A stretch of 61,427 nt of DNA from a virus, in IMG/VR virus record IMGVR_UViG_3300045988_166584; one strand, given 5' to 3'. Shown piece by piece: positions 53,770 through 61,308 of this stretch (the stretch's first letter is position 1; every line of letters starts with the position of its first letter). The notes beneath the pieces are model-generated. The model searched no databases. It was not told the origin of the DNA and saw nothing but the letters and a program-made list of their open reading frames with translations. Both the position numbers and the translations under genes were made by a program.

Positions 53770-54030
53770 ATGATTCAAAGCATATATGACTGTTCATGTC
53801 AGTGGAAAAATCAAAAACACTGTAGGCTTTCACCTTCATGCAAAGGGTGGGGATGCCGATTTCTGTCTACGCCCATTGAAGAGATTCCAGCAACAATCCA
53901 GGAGAAAGCAAAGCTCTTTTCCAGAGTGTATCGGGAAGCGAAGCAAAAGGGAGTGCTGGAATGCCCGCACTACCGATCAATTTTCATAGATGAGGTGCTG
54001 GCCAATTTGCCGAAGGGTGAAGTGTGTTAA
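53770..54030 (+). CDS. Small Cys-rich hypothetical protein
   Basis: The preferred start is ATG 53770 (MIQSIYDCSCQW) rather than the track's GTG at 53746. Confidence 0.4.
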   Translation: MIQSIYDCSCQWKNQKHCRLSPSCKGWGCRFLSTPIEEIPATIQEKAKLFSRVYREAKQKGVLECPHYRSIFIDEVLANLPKGEVC

Positions 54031-54047
54031 ATAAATGGTTTATGTTA

Positions 54048-54076
54048 TTGTTTATTGTTTGATTTTCGTATATTTG
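54048..54076 (+). promoter_or_regulatory. Promoter: heptad element TTGTTTATTGTTTGAT plus the -7 box TATATTTG
   Basis: An exact TAnnTTTG lies at 54069-54076, 18 nt before ATG 54095. The 16-mer at 54048-54063 is identical to 49343-49358. Confidence 0.55.
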
Positions 54077-54094
54077 CAATAAATCTTAATTTGA

Positions 54095-54337
54095 ATGGGA
54101 AGTTGGAGTGAACAACAGGAAGTAAAGAAAGAAGTCAAGGAAAAGGACAAGGTAAGACGGGAAAAACTTGCCGGGTTGTTTTTTGATTTAGCAAAACTTT
54201 CATTTGCCGGACTTGTTGTAGGTGGAATAGTTTCCATGAAGCCTGATGTAGATATAACCCTTGACATATACAGGGTTATTATAGGTGGAATCTCTACCAT
54301 CATTTTTATTAGAATAGGAAATACAATTTTAAAATAA
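54095..54337 (+). CDS. Small membrane protein (2 TM); superinfection-exclusion candidate
   Basis: 80 aa with a charged N-terminus followed by LAGLFFDLAKLSFAGLVVGGIV and VIIGGISTIIFIRIG. Confidence 0.55.
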   Translation: MGSWSEQQEVKKEVKEKDKVRREKLAGLFFDLAKLSFAGLVVGGIVSMKPDVDITLDIYRVIIGGISTIIFIRIGNTILK

Positions 54338-54345
54338 AGTGGATT

Positions 54346-54450
54346 ATGGACATGTTAAGTTTAGTATATACAATAAGTGCTGTTGTAGGTGGTGGATTTT
54401 TGGTGTGGCTTAACACAAAATCCGGGAAAAAATGGCTCGCAAATCTATAG
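54346..54450 (+). CDS. Small hydrophobic peptide (34 aa)
   Basis: Hand-translated as MDMLSLVYTISAVVGGGFLVWLNTKSGKKWLANL. It starts 8 nt after the previous stop. Confidence 0.35.
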   Translation: MDMLSLVYTISAVVGGGFLVWLNTKSGKKWLANL

Positions 54451-54693
54451 TGTACTTTTCATTGGAAATTGAGGGTATTATGGACGCATTAGGTTTTAGT
54501 CTGGCAACAAAAAGTGGTTGGCTGGTCTGTGCTCTCTGATGCCTTACAATTTTGGTTAATGTATGAAAAGGAAATCCCTTGAATGTTTATGGTCGTTCAA
54601 TTATAGTAGTGAGTTGAGCGGCTTTTTAGTATTTGGACGTTAGAACAGGGAAAATAATGAATAAAATAAAATAGAAAATCAAGATGATTTTTA

Positions 54694-54705
54694 CTAAAAC
54701 GAATC
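54694..54705 (+). repeat. 12-bp direct repeat CTAAAACGAATC (copy 1), candidate integrase arm site
   Basis: Identical 12-mer at 54927-54938. The two copies flank the tRNA-like 3' fragment. Confidence 0.5.
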
Positions 54706-54786
54706 TTGGAGGATTTTGAATGGATAGATAACCTTCTGCTTGTCAGTATAGTAAGCGCAGATCAGAATTCATACTGGCAGTCTAAA

Positions 54787-54815
54787 GGTGGCGAGTTCGA
54801 GTCTCGCATGCTCCA
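54787..54815 (+). other. tRNA 3'-end fragment (T arm plus acceptor 3' strand); probable attP core
   Basis: GCGAG-TTCGAGT-CTCGC is followed by ATGCTCC-A. No matching 5' acceptor, D arm or anticodon arm lies upstream. It is located 134 nt upstream of the integrase gene. Confidence 0.6.
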
Positions 54816-54926
54816 CATTACAAGCCTCTCTGTTTCAGAGGGGTTTGTGTTTTCTTAAGCTTCTCCAGCTTTCGTTTTTGGATAAAAAAAAGACAGTTTG
54901 TGCCACTTTTGGCAAAAAGAACTTGT

Positions 54927-54938
54927 CTAAAACGAATC
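54927..54938 (+). repeat. 12-bp direct repeat CTAAAACGAATC (copy 2)
   Basis: Identical to 54694-54705 and lies 10 nt upstream of the integrase ATG. Confidence 0.5.
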
Positions 54939-54948
54939 CAGAACAATT

Positions 54949-56124
54949 ATGACAACTCTTAAAGCCGCCGTTGTTCCGGCCAAGGTGCTGAAAAACGGCA
55001 AACACAGAATTCGTATCGCAATTGGTCATAAACAGGAAACAAGATACATCGTTACCCGATTTGAAATAGATAATACTGCTAATTTTAAAGGAGGGCAGGT
55101 GGTAGGTGTTCCTGATGCCGCACATGTCAATGCTAAATTACGTGGAATACTTAATTCATATCAGGATGCCTTGGATAAGATAAACACATCATCCTATACT
55201 TGTACCCAACTTGTCGAATACTTGTCCTCGGTAAAGCAGGGAGCCATCTCTTATAGTGTCGCTTCGGCTGACTATATGCAGAATTTGATTAAAGAGGGGA
55301 GAAGGACCACTGCCTCCTTATATCAAAGGGCGAGTGATTACTTCATTGAGTTTGTCAAATATGATATAATGCTTGATGGAATTACTCCCCGGACCATAAA
55401 GGACTTTGATATTTATCTAAAGAATGTCCGAAGGCTGGCTCCTGTTACTTGTGGTATGCACATGGCACATTTGAAGGCAATAATCAATCAAGCAATAAGG
55501 GATAAGAAGGTATCATATGACACGCATCCTTTTGAATATTATGAAAGACCAGCAGGAATGCCCAAAGAGCGTGATATCTCGGTAGCTGACGTAAAGAAGA
55601 TAAGGGATGCGGAGATAAAAGAGAAGTCTCAGCGTGTTGCCAGGGATGTGTTCATGCTTTCGTATTATCTAGGAGGTATCAATCTGATGGACTTGATGCA
55701 ATACAATTTCAAAGATGCGAAAATTATGGAATATGTACGTGAAAAATCCAAAAACACAAAGAAAGGTGATATGAAGATTAGCTTCACTATTCCTGAGGAA
55801 GCAAAACCGATTATCAAAAGATGGATGGGACGTAATGGAAAGCTTGATTTTGGTTATAAATATTCTTATCCTAATTTTCGTAACTATGTAACAAAAGAAA
55901 TTATAAGGTTAGGGGAGAGGCTGGAGGTAGAATCGCATGTCGTATATTATTCAGCCCGGAAATCCTTTGTCCAACATGGTTTTGAACTGGGTATACCATT
56001 GGAAACTTTGGAATATTGTATAGGCCAAAGCATGAAATCCAATAGACCGATCTTTAATTATGTCAGAATTATGAGAAAACATGCTGATGAAGCCATAAGA
56101 AAGATTTTAGATAATCTAAAGTGA
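54949..56124 (+). CDS. int: Tyrosine site-specific integrase (Bacteroides type)
   Basis: 391 aa. The N-terminal arm-binding-like region is LKAAVVPAKVLKNGKHRIRIAIGHKQETRYI. The C-terminal catalytic region is YYSARKSFVQHGFELG...NYVRIM. Confidence 0.85.
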   Translation: MTTLKAAVVPAKVLKNGKHRIRIAIGHKQETRYIVTRFEIDNTANFKGGQVVGVPDAAHVNAKLRGILNSYQDALDKINTSSYTCTQLVEYLSSVKQGAISYSVASADYMQNLIKEGRRTTASLYQRASDYFIEFVKYDIMLDGITPRTIKDFDIYLKNVRRLAPVTCGMHMAHLKAIINQAIRDKKVSYDTHPFEYYERPAGMPKERDISVADVKKIRDAEIKEKSQRVARDVFMLSYYLGGINLMDLMQYNFKDAKIMEYVREKSKNTKKGDMKISFTIPEEAKPIIKRWMGRNGKLDFGYKYSYPNFRNYVTKEIIRLGERLEVESHVVYYSARKSFVQHGFELGIPLETLEYCIGQSMKSNRPIFNYVRIMRKHADEAIRKILDNLK

Positions 56125-56325
56125 GGATTCAAGAACTAGAGCGATTGCTTCGGCAGTCGCTTCCTCTTTTTCTTTCTCTATCTCCGAGTTTAGCCGTTCT
56201 ATCAAATCCACATTTCCTGTGACAATCGTTTTTGTGCCCTCAGAGGAAGAAATTGTAAGTTCATAGTGTCCATAGCCTATAAACTTTTTAGATAGTTGAT
56301 GAGTAGTTGGGGCTAATTTTGACAT
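56116..56325 (-). CDS. Hypothetical small protein convergent with the integrase
   Basis: The preferred internal start is ATG 56325 (MSKLAPTTHQLSKKF...). The N-terminal 55 aa of the track ORF look non-coding. Confidence 0.35.
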   Translation of the reverse strand: MSKLAPTTHQLSKKFIGYGHYELTISSSEGTKTIVTGNVDLIERLNSEIEKEKEEATAEAIALVLESSL

Positions 56326-56647
56326 ATGCAATTGCGTTAGTCTGCGGAAAAAGAAAACGGTTCCGCTTTCCCGTTGCGTTACATTCCGTAATCGAAACAG
56401 TGGGTACATTAATACTCCACACGGGGGTCGGAACCGTATTATGAAGAAGCTACAGGCAATAAAAATCGTCTGTAGCTCAATACGAGACAACGCCTCGATT
56501 ACTTCAAAATGTAACGCAATGCAAAGATGGGTATTTTATATGACTTTACAAAAAACAAAATAGGAAAATTCAAGTAAAGCATAGGGGTGAGGATTATAAA
56601 AGGGTAGGGAAGGCAGCTTATTAGGTTGCCTTCTTTAATCTATAATA

Positions 56648-57148
56648 CTATTTTAATAGAGATATTATCTCATTAGGAGTACAAATTATATGGTCTGCAT
56701 CTGATCCTAACAATGACTCTTCATTAGCACTTCCCCATAAACAAGCAACACTTTCAATTCCTGCTTTATTTGAGGCTATTACATCACTAACCTCATCCCC
56801 AAAAGAAATAACATCTTCCGCACTTAACCCTAATCGAGTCAATGCTAAATTCATTCCTTCCGAGTTTGGCTTTTGCAATTTAACATCATGATAAGCAACA
56901 ACTGTATCAAAAGGTATATTGAAGTGATTTAACACTTTCTTTACATAACCAGAAGGAGCTTTACTCACAATTCCAACTTTTAAATTATTATCTCTTATAA
57001 ATTCAAATACTTTATCATAAGCTTCATATAATATAAATTTTGGAATCAGTGAATAAACTATACTCCAATTGTGGGCACTTCTATACGGCTTAGCAACATT
57101 TGAGTCTACTAAAGTTTGATCAAGATCAAAAATTATACCTTTCTTCAT
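56648..57148 (-). CDS. HAD-superfamily phosphatase
   Basis: Motif I is IIFDLDQTLVDS, motif II is GIVSKAP and motif IV is FGDEVSDV. Confidence 0.75.
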   Translation of the reverse strand: MKKGIIFDLDQTLVDSNVAKPYRSAHNWSIVYSLIPKFILYEAYDKVFEFIRDNNLKVGIVSKAPSGYVKKVLNHFNIPFDTVVAYHDVKLQKPNSEGMNLALTRLGLSAEDVISFGDEVSDVIASNKAGIESVACLWGSANEESLLGSDADHIICTPNEIISLLK

Positions 57149-57159
57149 AAATATACATA

Positions 57160-58149
57160 TTAGAATAATAGTTGTGATTCATAATCATGTTTATACTGGA
57201 GCTGTTTTCCTGACTGTAAGAATTCGTACAATATATTCGCTTCACGTAATTGAAGAGCTCCTTTTCTGATTAAATAACTATTTCCACAAACATTTTCCAT
57301 TTCATTCACACGTTGATCTTTATAAAAGACTGCTGCTAAAATTTTATTATTATCAATGGTCGTTTGGACAGCGTGCATTGTGCCACCCTTTATCCCAGTT
57401 TGAATTACAATTGTAGCAATAGCTAACCCCGCTTGTAATCTATCTCTTTCTACGAAATTCGTTTTAAAAGCAGGAGAGTCATAAAAATACTCGGATAGTA
57501 GCACTCCCCCTTTTTCTACTATTTCTATAGCAATGTTTTTATGTACCTTTGGAGAAATAGTATGAAGACCATGGGCTAATATAGCTGTAGTTGTTCCATT
57601 TTTTACAGATAAAGCTGCTTTATGAGCAATAGTATCACATCCTAATGCTAAGCCACTAACAATATTAAATCCTTTCTCTGCAAAATATTCTCCATAATAT
57701 TGCCCTGCTTCTTCACCTTCTATTGTAGGGTGTCTTGTTCCAATTATTGCAATTGATTTCTTATTATTAATACTATTAATATCACCTTTATAATTAAGTA
57801 TTATTGGAGCCACATCTTTAAATCTATTATTACTATATGATTTCAGCACTTTAAGTTGTATCGGAAACAAATTATCATATTGAGAAATAATATGTACACC
57901 ATTATTTAAAGATTTATCTAAAACTCTTTGAGCTTCATCAATAGCTTTCTGACAAAGTTCTAGGGTAAATTCTTTGTTTAATCTTATATAATGAGTTTTT
58001 ATACATTCCCGTATATATGATGTAATGTCATTATCAGAAAACAAGTTACGTTCTATCATAGCTTTAGCTACTAACTCCACATTCTTAGGACCAAAACCTG
58101 GCAAATGTTTCAGCTTAATAATTAATTCCGTTTCTTTAGATACACTCAT
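57160..58149 (-). CDS. DprA/Smf-like (SLOG Rossmann) protein
   Basis: The N-terminal SAM/HhH-like segment is LKHLPGFGPKNVELV. The core reads IAIIGTRHPT...VSGLALGCDTIAHKAAL...TTAILAHGL...TGIKGGTMHA. Confidence 0.75.
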   Translation of the reverse strand: MSVSKETELIIKLKHLPGFGPKNVELVAKAMIERNLFSDNDITSYIRECIKTHYIRLNKEFTLELCQKAIDEAQRVLDKSLNNGVHIISQYDNLFPIQLKVLKSYSNNRFKDVAPIILNYKGDINSINNKKSIAIIGTRHPTIEGEEAGQYYGEYFAEKGFNIVSGLALGCDTIAHKAALSVKNGTTTAILAHGLHTISPKVHKNIAIEIVEKGGVLLSEYFYDSPAFKTNFVERDRLQAGLAIATIVIQTGIKGGTMHAVQTTIDNNKILAAVFYKDQRVNEMENVCGNSYLIRKGALQLREANILYEFLQSGKQLQYKHDYESQLLF

Positions 58150-58355
58150 AACAATTATAAATTTTCGTTAGCATGTTCATCATGACTTGTTCTTGCAATA
58201 CAAAATAAATAAAAAATTATTTTGGGCCACACCTTCTTTAATGTTTTTATTATTTCTGCAACAGTTGTACATATTGTTATATCATTAACTATTAAGATTT
58301 TTTTTGTTTAAGTTATAAGTACGATTATTTATTTTAATACATCATTTACTTCAGC

Positions 58356-58727
58356 CTATCTTTCTGCTAATGATAAGAAATGCATAGGTTTAGTTTCCCT
58401 CTTCTTATGAAGCAATTGTGGTAAATATTTTACTCCAGTTTCATCAGCAATTGCTTTGGCTAAACTTCTTATAGGCGCATTTTTTCGAGGTATAGTTTCT
58501 TCATGTCCCATCATTCTTATAACATAATCAAATTGTAATCCCTCAATATGTAAGGCCTTAACACATTCATTTATTATATCCTGACTTACTTCTTTTTTAC
58601 ATACAGATACCTTTTTGCTCCAATCTGTCAGGGATTGATTTCTAGGTATATAATATACAATATGATATGCATCTTTCAATCCCGCTTTTATATATTGCCA
58701 ATCATCAGATAAATATTTTAATTTCAT
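58356..58727 (-). CDS. ComF-like N-terminal fragment lacking the PRTase domain (truncated paralogue or accessory subunit)
   Basis: 123 aa. The ending ...LLHKKRETKPMHFLSLAER matches the ComF-type segment that normally precedes the PRPP-binding domain. About 200 nt of AT-rich non-coding DNA follows. Confidence 0.45.
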   Translation of the reverse strand: MKLKYLSDDWQYIKAGLKDAYHIVYYIPRNQSLTDWSKKVSVCKKEVSQDIINECVKALHIEGLQFDYVIRMMGHEETIPRKNAPIRSLAKAIADETGVKYLPQLLHKKRETKPMHFLSLAER

Positions 58728-58730
58728 ACA

Positions 58731-59342
58731 CTACTCTCTTGTTGTTTTTGCTAAAAAAATACCTATGACACTCTTAGCGCCTGTTTCTAAAAGTTTAGCA
58801 GCCACTTGTTTAAAGGAGCCCCCAGATGTTATAACATCATCAAACAGTAATACATTTTTACCTTTATATTGTTCGGAATTCAGTATTAAATATGGTATCA
58901 CATTTTTATTACTGGTACCTTTTGTTTCTTCATGCTCAATTGCAGAAAGGTAATTAAAACCGTTTTCAATATTTAAAGCTTTAGCTACTATTTTACAAAA
59001 ATACTCAAAACGCTTATTTGTCTTTTCCGGTTTTGAAGCAGGTATTATCATTAAACAGGTGTTTTCAAGATTAACGCCCTCTTTTTTAATACTTTCCACT
59101 ATTATGTTAGCAGCATATTCAATAATAGCTTTATGTCCATCTTTAAAATCATATATAAAATTACGAACAGTCTTTATATTAATATCTACATCATTTCCTA
59201 TACCAGACAAAGGGTAATAATCATGAATTACATAGTACTTACATTCTTTAAAAGCCATGCTTCTTTCTTTTTTCATTCGAACTAAATATGAATCACGATG
59301 ACGGAATTCTTTAATTTTCTTATCATATTTAAGAGTATACAT
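58731..59342 (-). CDS. Phosphoribosyltransferase-domain protein (ComF-like)
   Basis: The PRPP-binding loop is KNVLLFDDVITSGGSF, preceded by LMIIPASKPEK. Confidence 0.7.
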   Translation of the reverse strand: MYTLKYDKKIKEFRHRDSYLVRMKKERSMAFKECKYYVIHDYYPLSGIGNDVDINIKTVRNFIYDFKDGHKAIIEYAANIIVESIKKEGVNLENTCLMIIPASKPEKTNKRFEYFCKIVAKALNIENGFNYLSAIEHEETKGTSNKNVIPYLILNSEQYKGKNVLLFDDVITSGGSFKQVAAKLLETGAKSVIGIFLAKTTRE

Positions 59343-59576
59343 AGCACTTTTTCTGTTTTAAAGGTTAATACTTTGTAAAAGTAGCAATAAATAAATTAAT
59401 ATTGTCATAATAATTAAATGTTAGATAACATAAAAAGTCCCGACCGCTACCAGTCAAGGCTCAAATTTATCAATGATGATTTTTATTACAAACTTGCCGC
59501 TAATGAGAAAGGTTGTGGAATTAAGGATGAAAAGCCCCGACTTTCGCAAGCCGGAGCATCTAAATTTAAAGTTTTT

Positions 59577-60074
59577 CTATTTGCTCCGCTTGATTATAAA
59601 TACTACAACCAGCAAAACAGCTATTCCAACACACATCCAACCTATTTGTTCCGGTAATGTGGATTCCTTATTGTCTTTTATTTCTTCTGACCGGCTTTTC
59701 TCATGGTTCTGAGAAGACAACTCCTTGTCAGCATCCACTTTCATACTATCCTGTATTTCTACATTTGTTTCCTCCTTCTTCCTGAGGTCACCTTTTATCT
59801 GCCCGTCAGCAAGTAACGGACGTTTACCTGTCAGACTGTCAACCGGCTTCCGGGTATCATAAACACGGAAATCAATCACATAACTGCCTTCAGTAGCAAT
59901 GAGGGTTGATAAAGAGGTATGAGAACCTTCCACCACATGAACAGATTCAGATATGCTGTCAGTACTGACAACTTTCCTTTCTTTCATTACAGCCTTATGC
60001 GAGCTGCCACAGGCAAACAGCAGGAACAGACACATAAAGGGAGCCAGCAATATATGCCGGCTTACCCAGTTCAT
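59577..60074 (-). CDS. Lipoprotein with a C-terminal TM anchor (unimolecular-spanin-like)
   Basis: The preferred start is ATG 60074 (MNWVSRHILLAPFMCLFLLFA-C-GSS, which contains a lipobox). The C-terminus WMCVGIAVLLVVVFII is hydrophobic. The gene is the last in the lysis cassette. Confidence 0.5.
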   Translation of the reverse strand: MNWVSRHILLAPFMCLFLLFACGSSHKAVMKERKVVSTDSISESVHVVEGSHTSLSTLIATEGSYVIDFRVYDTRKPVDSLTGKRPLLADGQIKGDLRKKEETNVEIQDSMKVDADKELSSQNHEKSRSEEIKDNKESTLPEQIGWMCVGIAVLLVVVFIIKRSK

Positions 60075-60078
60075 AACC

Positions 60079-60597
60079 TTAGCCAACATAAGAGATATCA
60101 TTTATACGGTTCATCCAGCCCCGTTTGAACTTGTTATTTGCAGGGCGCTTCCGGCATATATCCTCGATGAAATCAAACCGTGCAATCTTGATCTGATCAA
60201 ACAGTTCACGTGGATTACGGGAATTGACTGCGGCAAGTGTCTTAGACCCGACAATGCCATCAGGAATCACGCCAAGCAAATCCTGCGGTATTTTGATACC
60301 GTGCACTCCGCTTGCCCAGATCCAATCGACAAGGATATCAGCTATGGATTGGGATTTAATTTCGTCAGCTTTCCACCTGTCCCAATACATGGTTTTCAAA
60401 ATCTCCGTCCATTCCTCTTTCGTGATGTTTTTCAATCTTTCAACCGTAGGCTTGGGATAGCCTTTCTTTCGGCAATACGCTTCATAAGTTCCAATGGTCA
60501 CACCCATATTGGTAGCCCCTCCTAAATCGTCCGGGTCATTTACAAAACCGCCTTCCCACTTCAGGATAAACGGTGCAAGTTTTTTCACATCAGCCAT
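60079..60597 (-). CDS. Endolysin (GH108 lysozyme-like plus PG_binding_3)
   Basis: [24 protein letters not shown] is the GH108 signature. The C-terminal half is a peptidoglycan-binding-like region. Confidence 0.8.
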   Translation of the reverse strand: MADVKKLAPFILKWEGGFVNDPDDLGGATNMGVTIGTYEAYCRKKGYPKPTVERLKNITKEEWTEILKTMYWDRWKADEIKSQSIADILVDWIWASGVHGIKIPQDLLGVIPDGIVGSKTLAAVNSRNPRELFDQIKIARFDFIEDICRKRPANNKFKRGWMNRINDISYVG

Positions 60598-60982
60598 TTT
60601 TCTTTTCCTCCTTATCTTTAATTAATGTAGTCCTGCGTGGTGGAATACGACGACCGCATTCGCTGTCAGGCCTGTCACAACGGTTATGCTCGGCATCTTT
60701 CAATTGCAGTTCCAGCTCGTGGCACTTATGAATCCATGCCAGCTTATCAGACTGTTCATTACGAAGCTCAACGTATAACGCATCAATCTTGGCGTCACGC
60801 TGGGCGATGCGTTCTTCCAGCCAGTCAACCTGCTTACGCTCGTTCTCATCCTCCATCGAATCGGCGGACGCATCCTCTTTCCGTGCGTTAGTCTTGCGGT
60901 TCACCCAGAACGTGACACCCCAGCGGACAGCCTCCAATCCTCCGAAAGCCCCGATTATAGCCAACCAGTCGTTTAATTCCAT
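60590..60982 (-). CDS. Membrane-anchored coiled-coil lysis protein (holin or i-spanin-like)
   Basis: 130 aa with an N-terminal TM segment ([22 protein letters not shown]), a coiled coil and a basic tail. It overlaps the endolysin start. Confidence 0.5.
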   Translation of the reverse strand: MELNDWLAIIGAFGGLEAVRWGVTFWVNRKTNARKEDASADSMEDENERKQVDWLEERIAQRDAKIDALYVELRNEQSDKLAWIHKCHELELQLKDAEHNRCDRPDSECGRRIPPRRTTLIKDKEEKKNG

Positions 60983-61021
60983 TTCGTCTATTGTTTATCT
61001 GAATTATAAAAATACACACCT

Positions 61022-61029
61022 CAAAGATA
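61022..61029 (-). promoter_or_regulatory. -7 box TATCTTTG for the lysis cassette
   Basis: Exact TAnnTTTG on the minus strand, 39 nt upstream of ATG 60982. Confidence 0.5.
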
Positions 61030-61148
61030 TCCCTATCCGTTTGCATCATCGCTGCCAAAGCCCCGAAATCCATTGCCATGATATGACAATAAAAAAAGAG
61101 CCTGCTACGGAATTTAATCCGCAACAAGCTCTTGGTCTTACACATCTG

Positions 61149-61156
61149 CAAAGATA
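61149..61156 (-). promoter_or_regulatory. Second upstream -7 box TATCTTTG
   Basis: Exact TAnnTTTG on the minus strand, in tandem with 61022-61029. Confidence 0.4.
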
Positions 61157-61308
61157 AAAACTCACATTCCTGTTTCAAACTTTTTCACCTAAAAATATAG
61201 TAGAAATAGATACATGGTAGAAAGTGGGTAGAATCCTAAGAAAAATATCTTTTGTTCTACCCTATTTTTTGAACAGAACTTATCTGATTCATTTTCAATG
61301 CTGTTTCC

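Noticed and set aside
54708-54815. A complete tRNA gene upstream of the integrase
   Set aside because: Only the T arm and the 3' acceptor strand are convincing. The best 5' acceptor candidate (GGAGGAT at 54708) has a mismatch and would give a ~108-nt molecule with no foldable D or anticodon arms. It is treated as an attP-type tRNA 3' fragment.
60888-61178. 96-aa ORF upstream of the lysis cassette as the missing holin
   Set aside because: It has no predicted transmembrane segment. It overlaps the start of 60590-60982 out of frame and spans both promoter boxes, so it is probably spurious.
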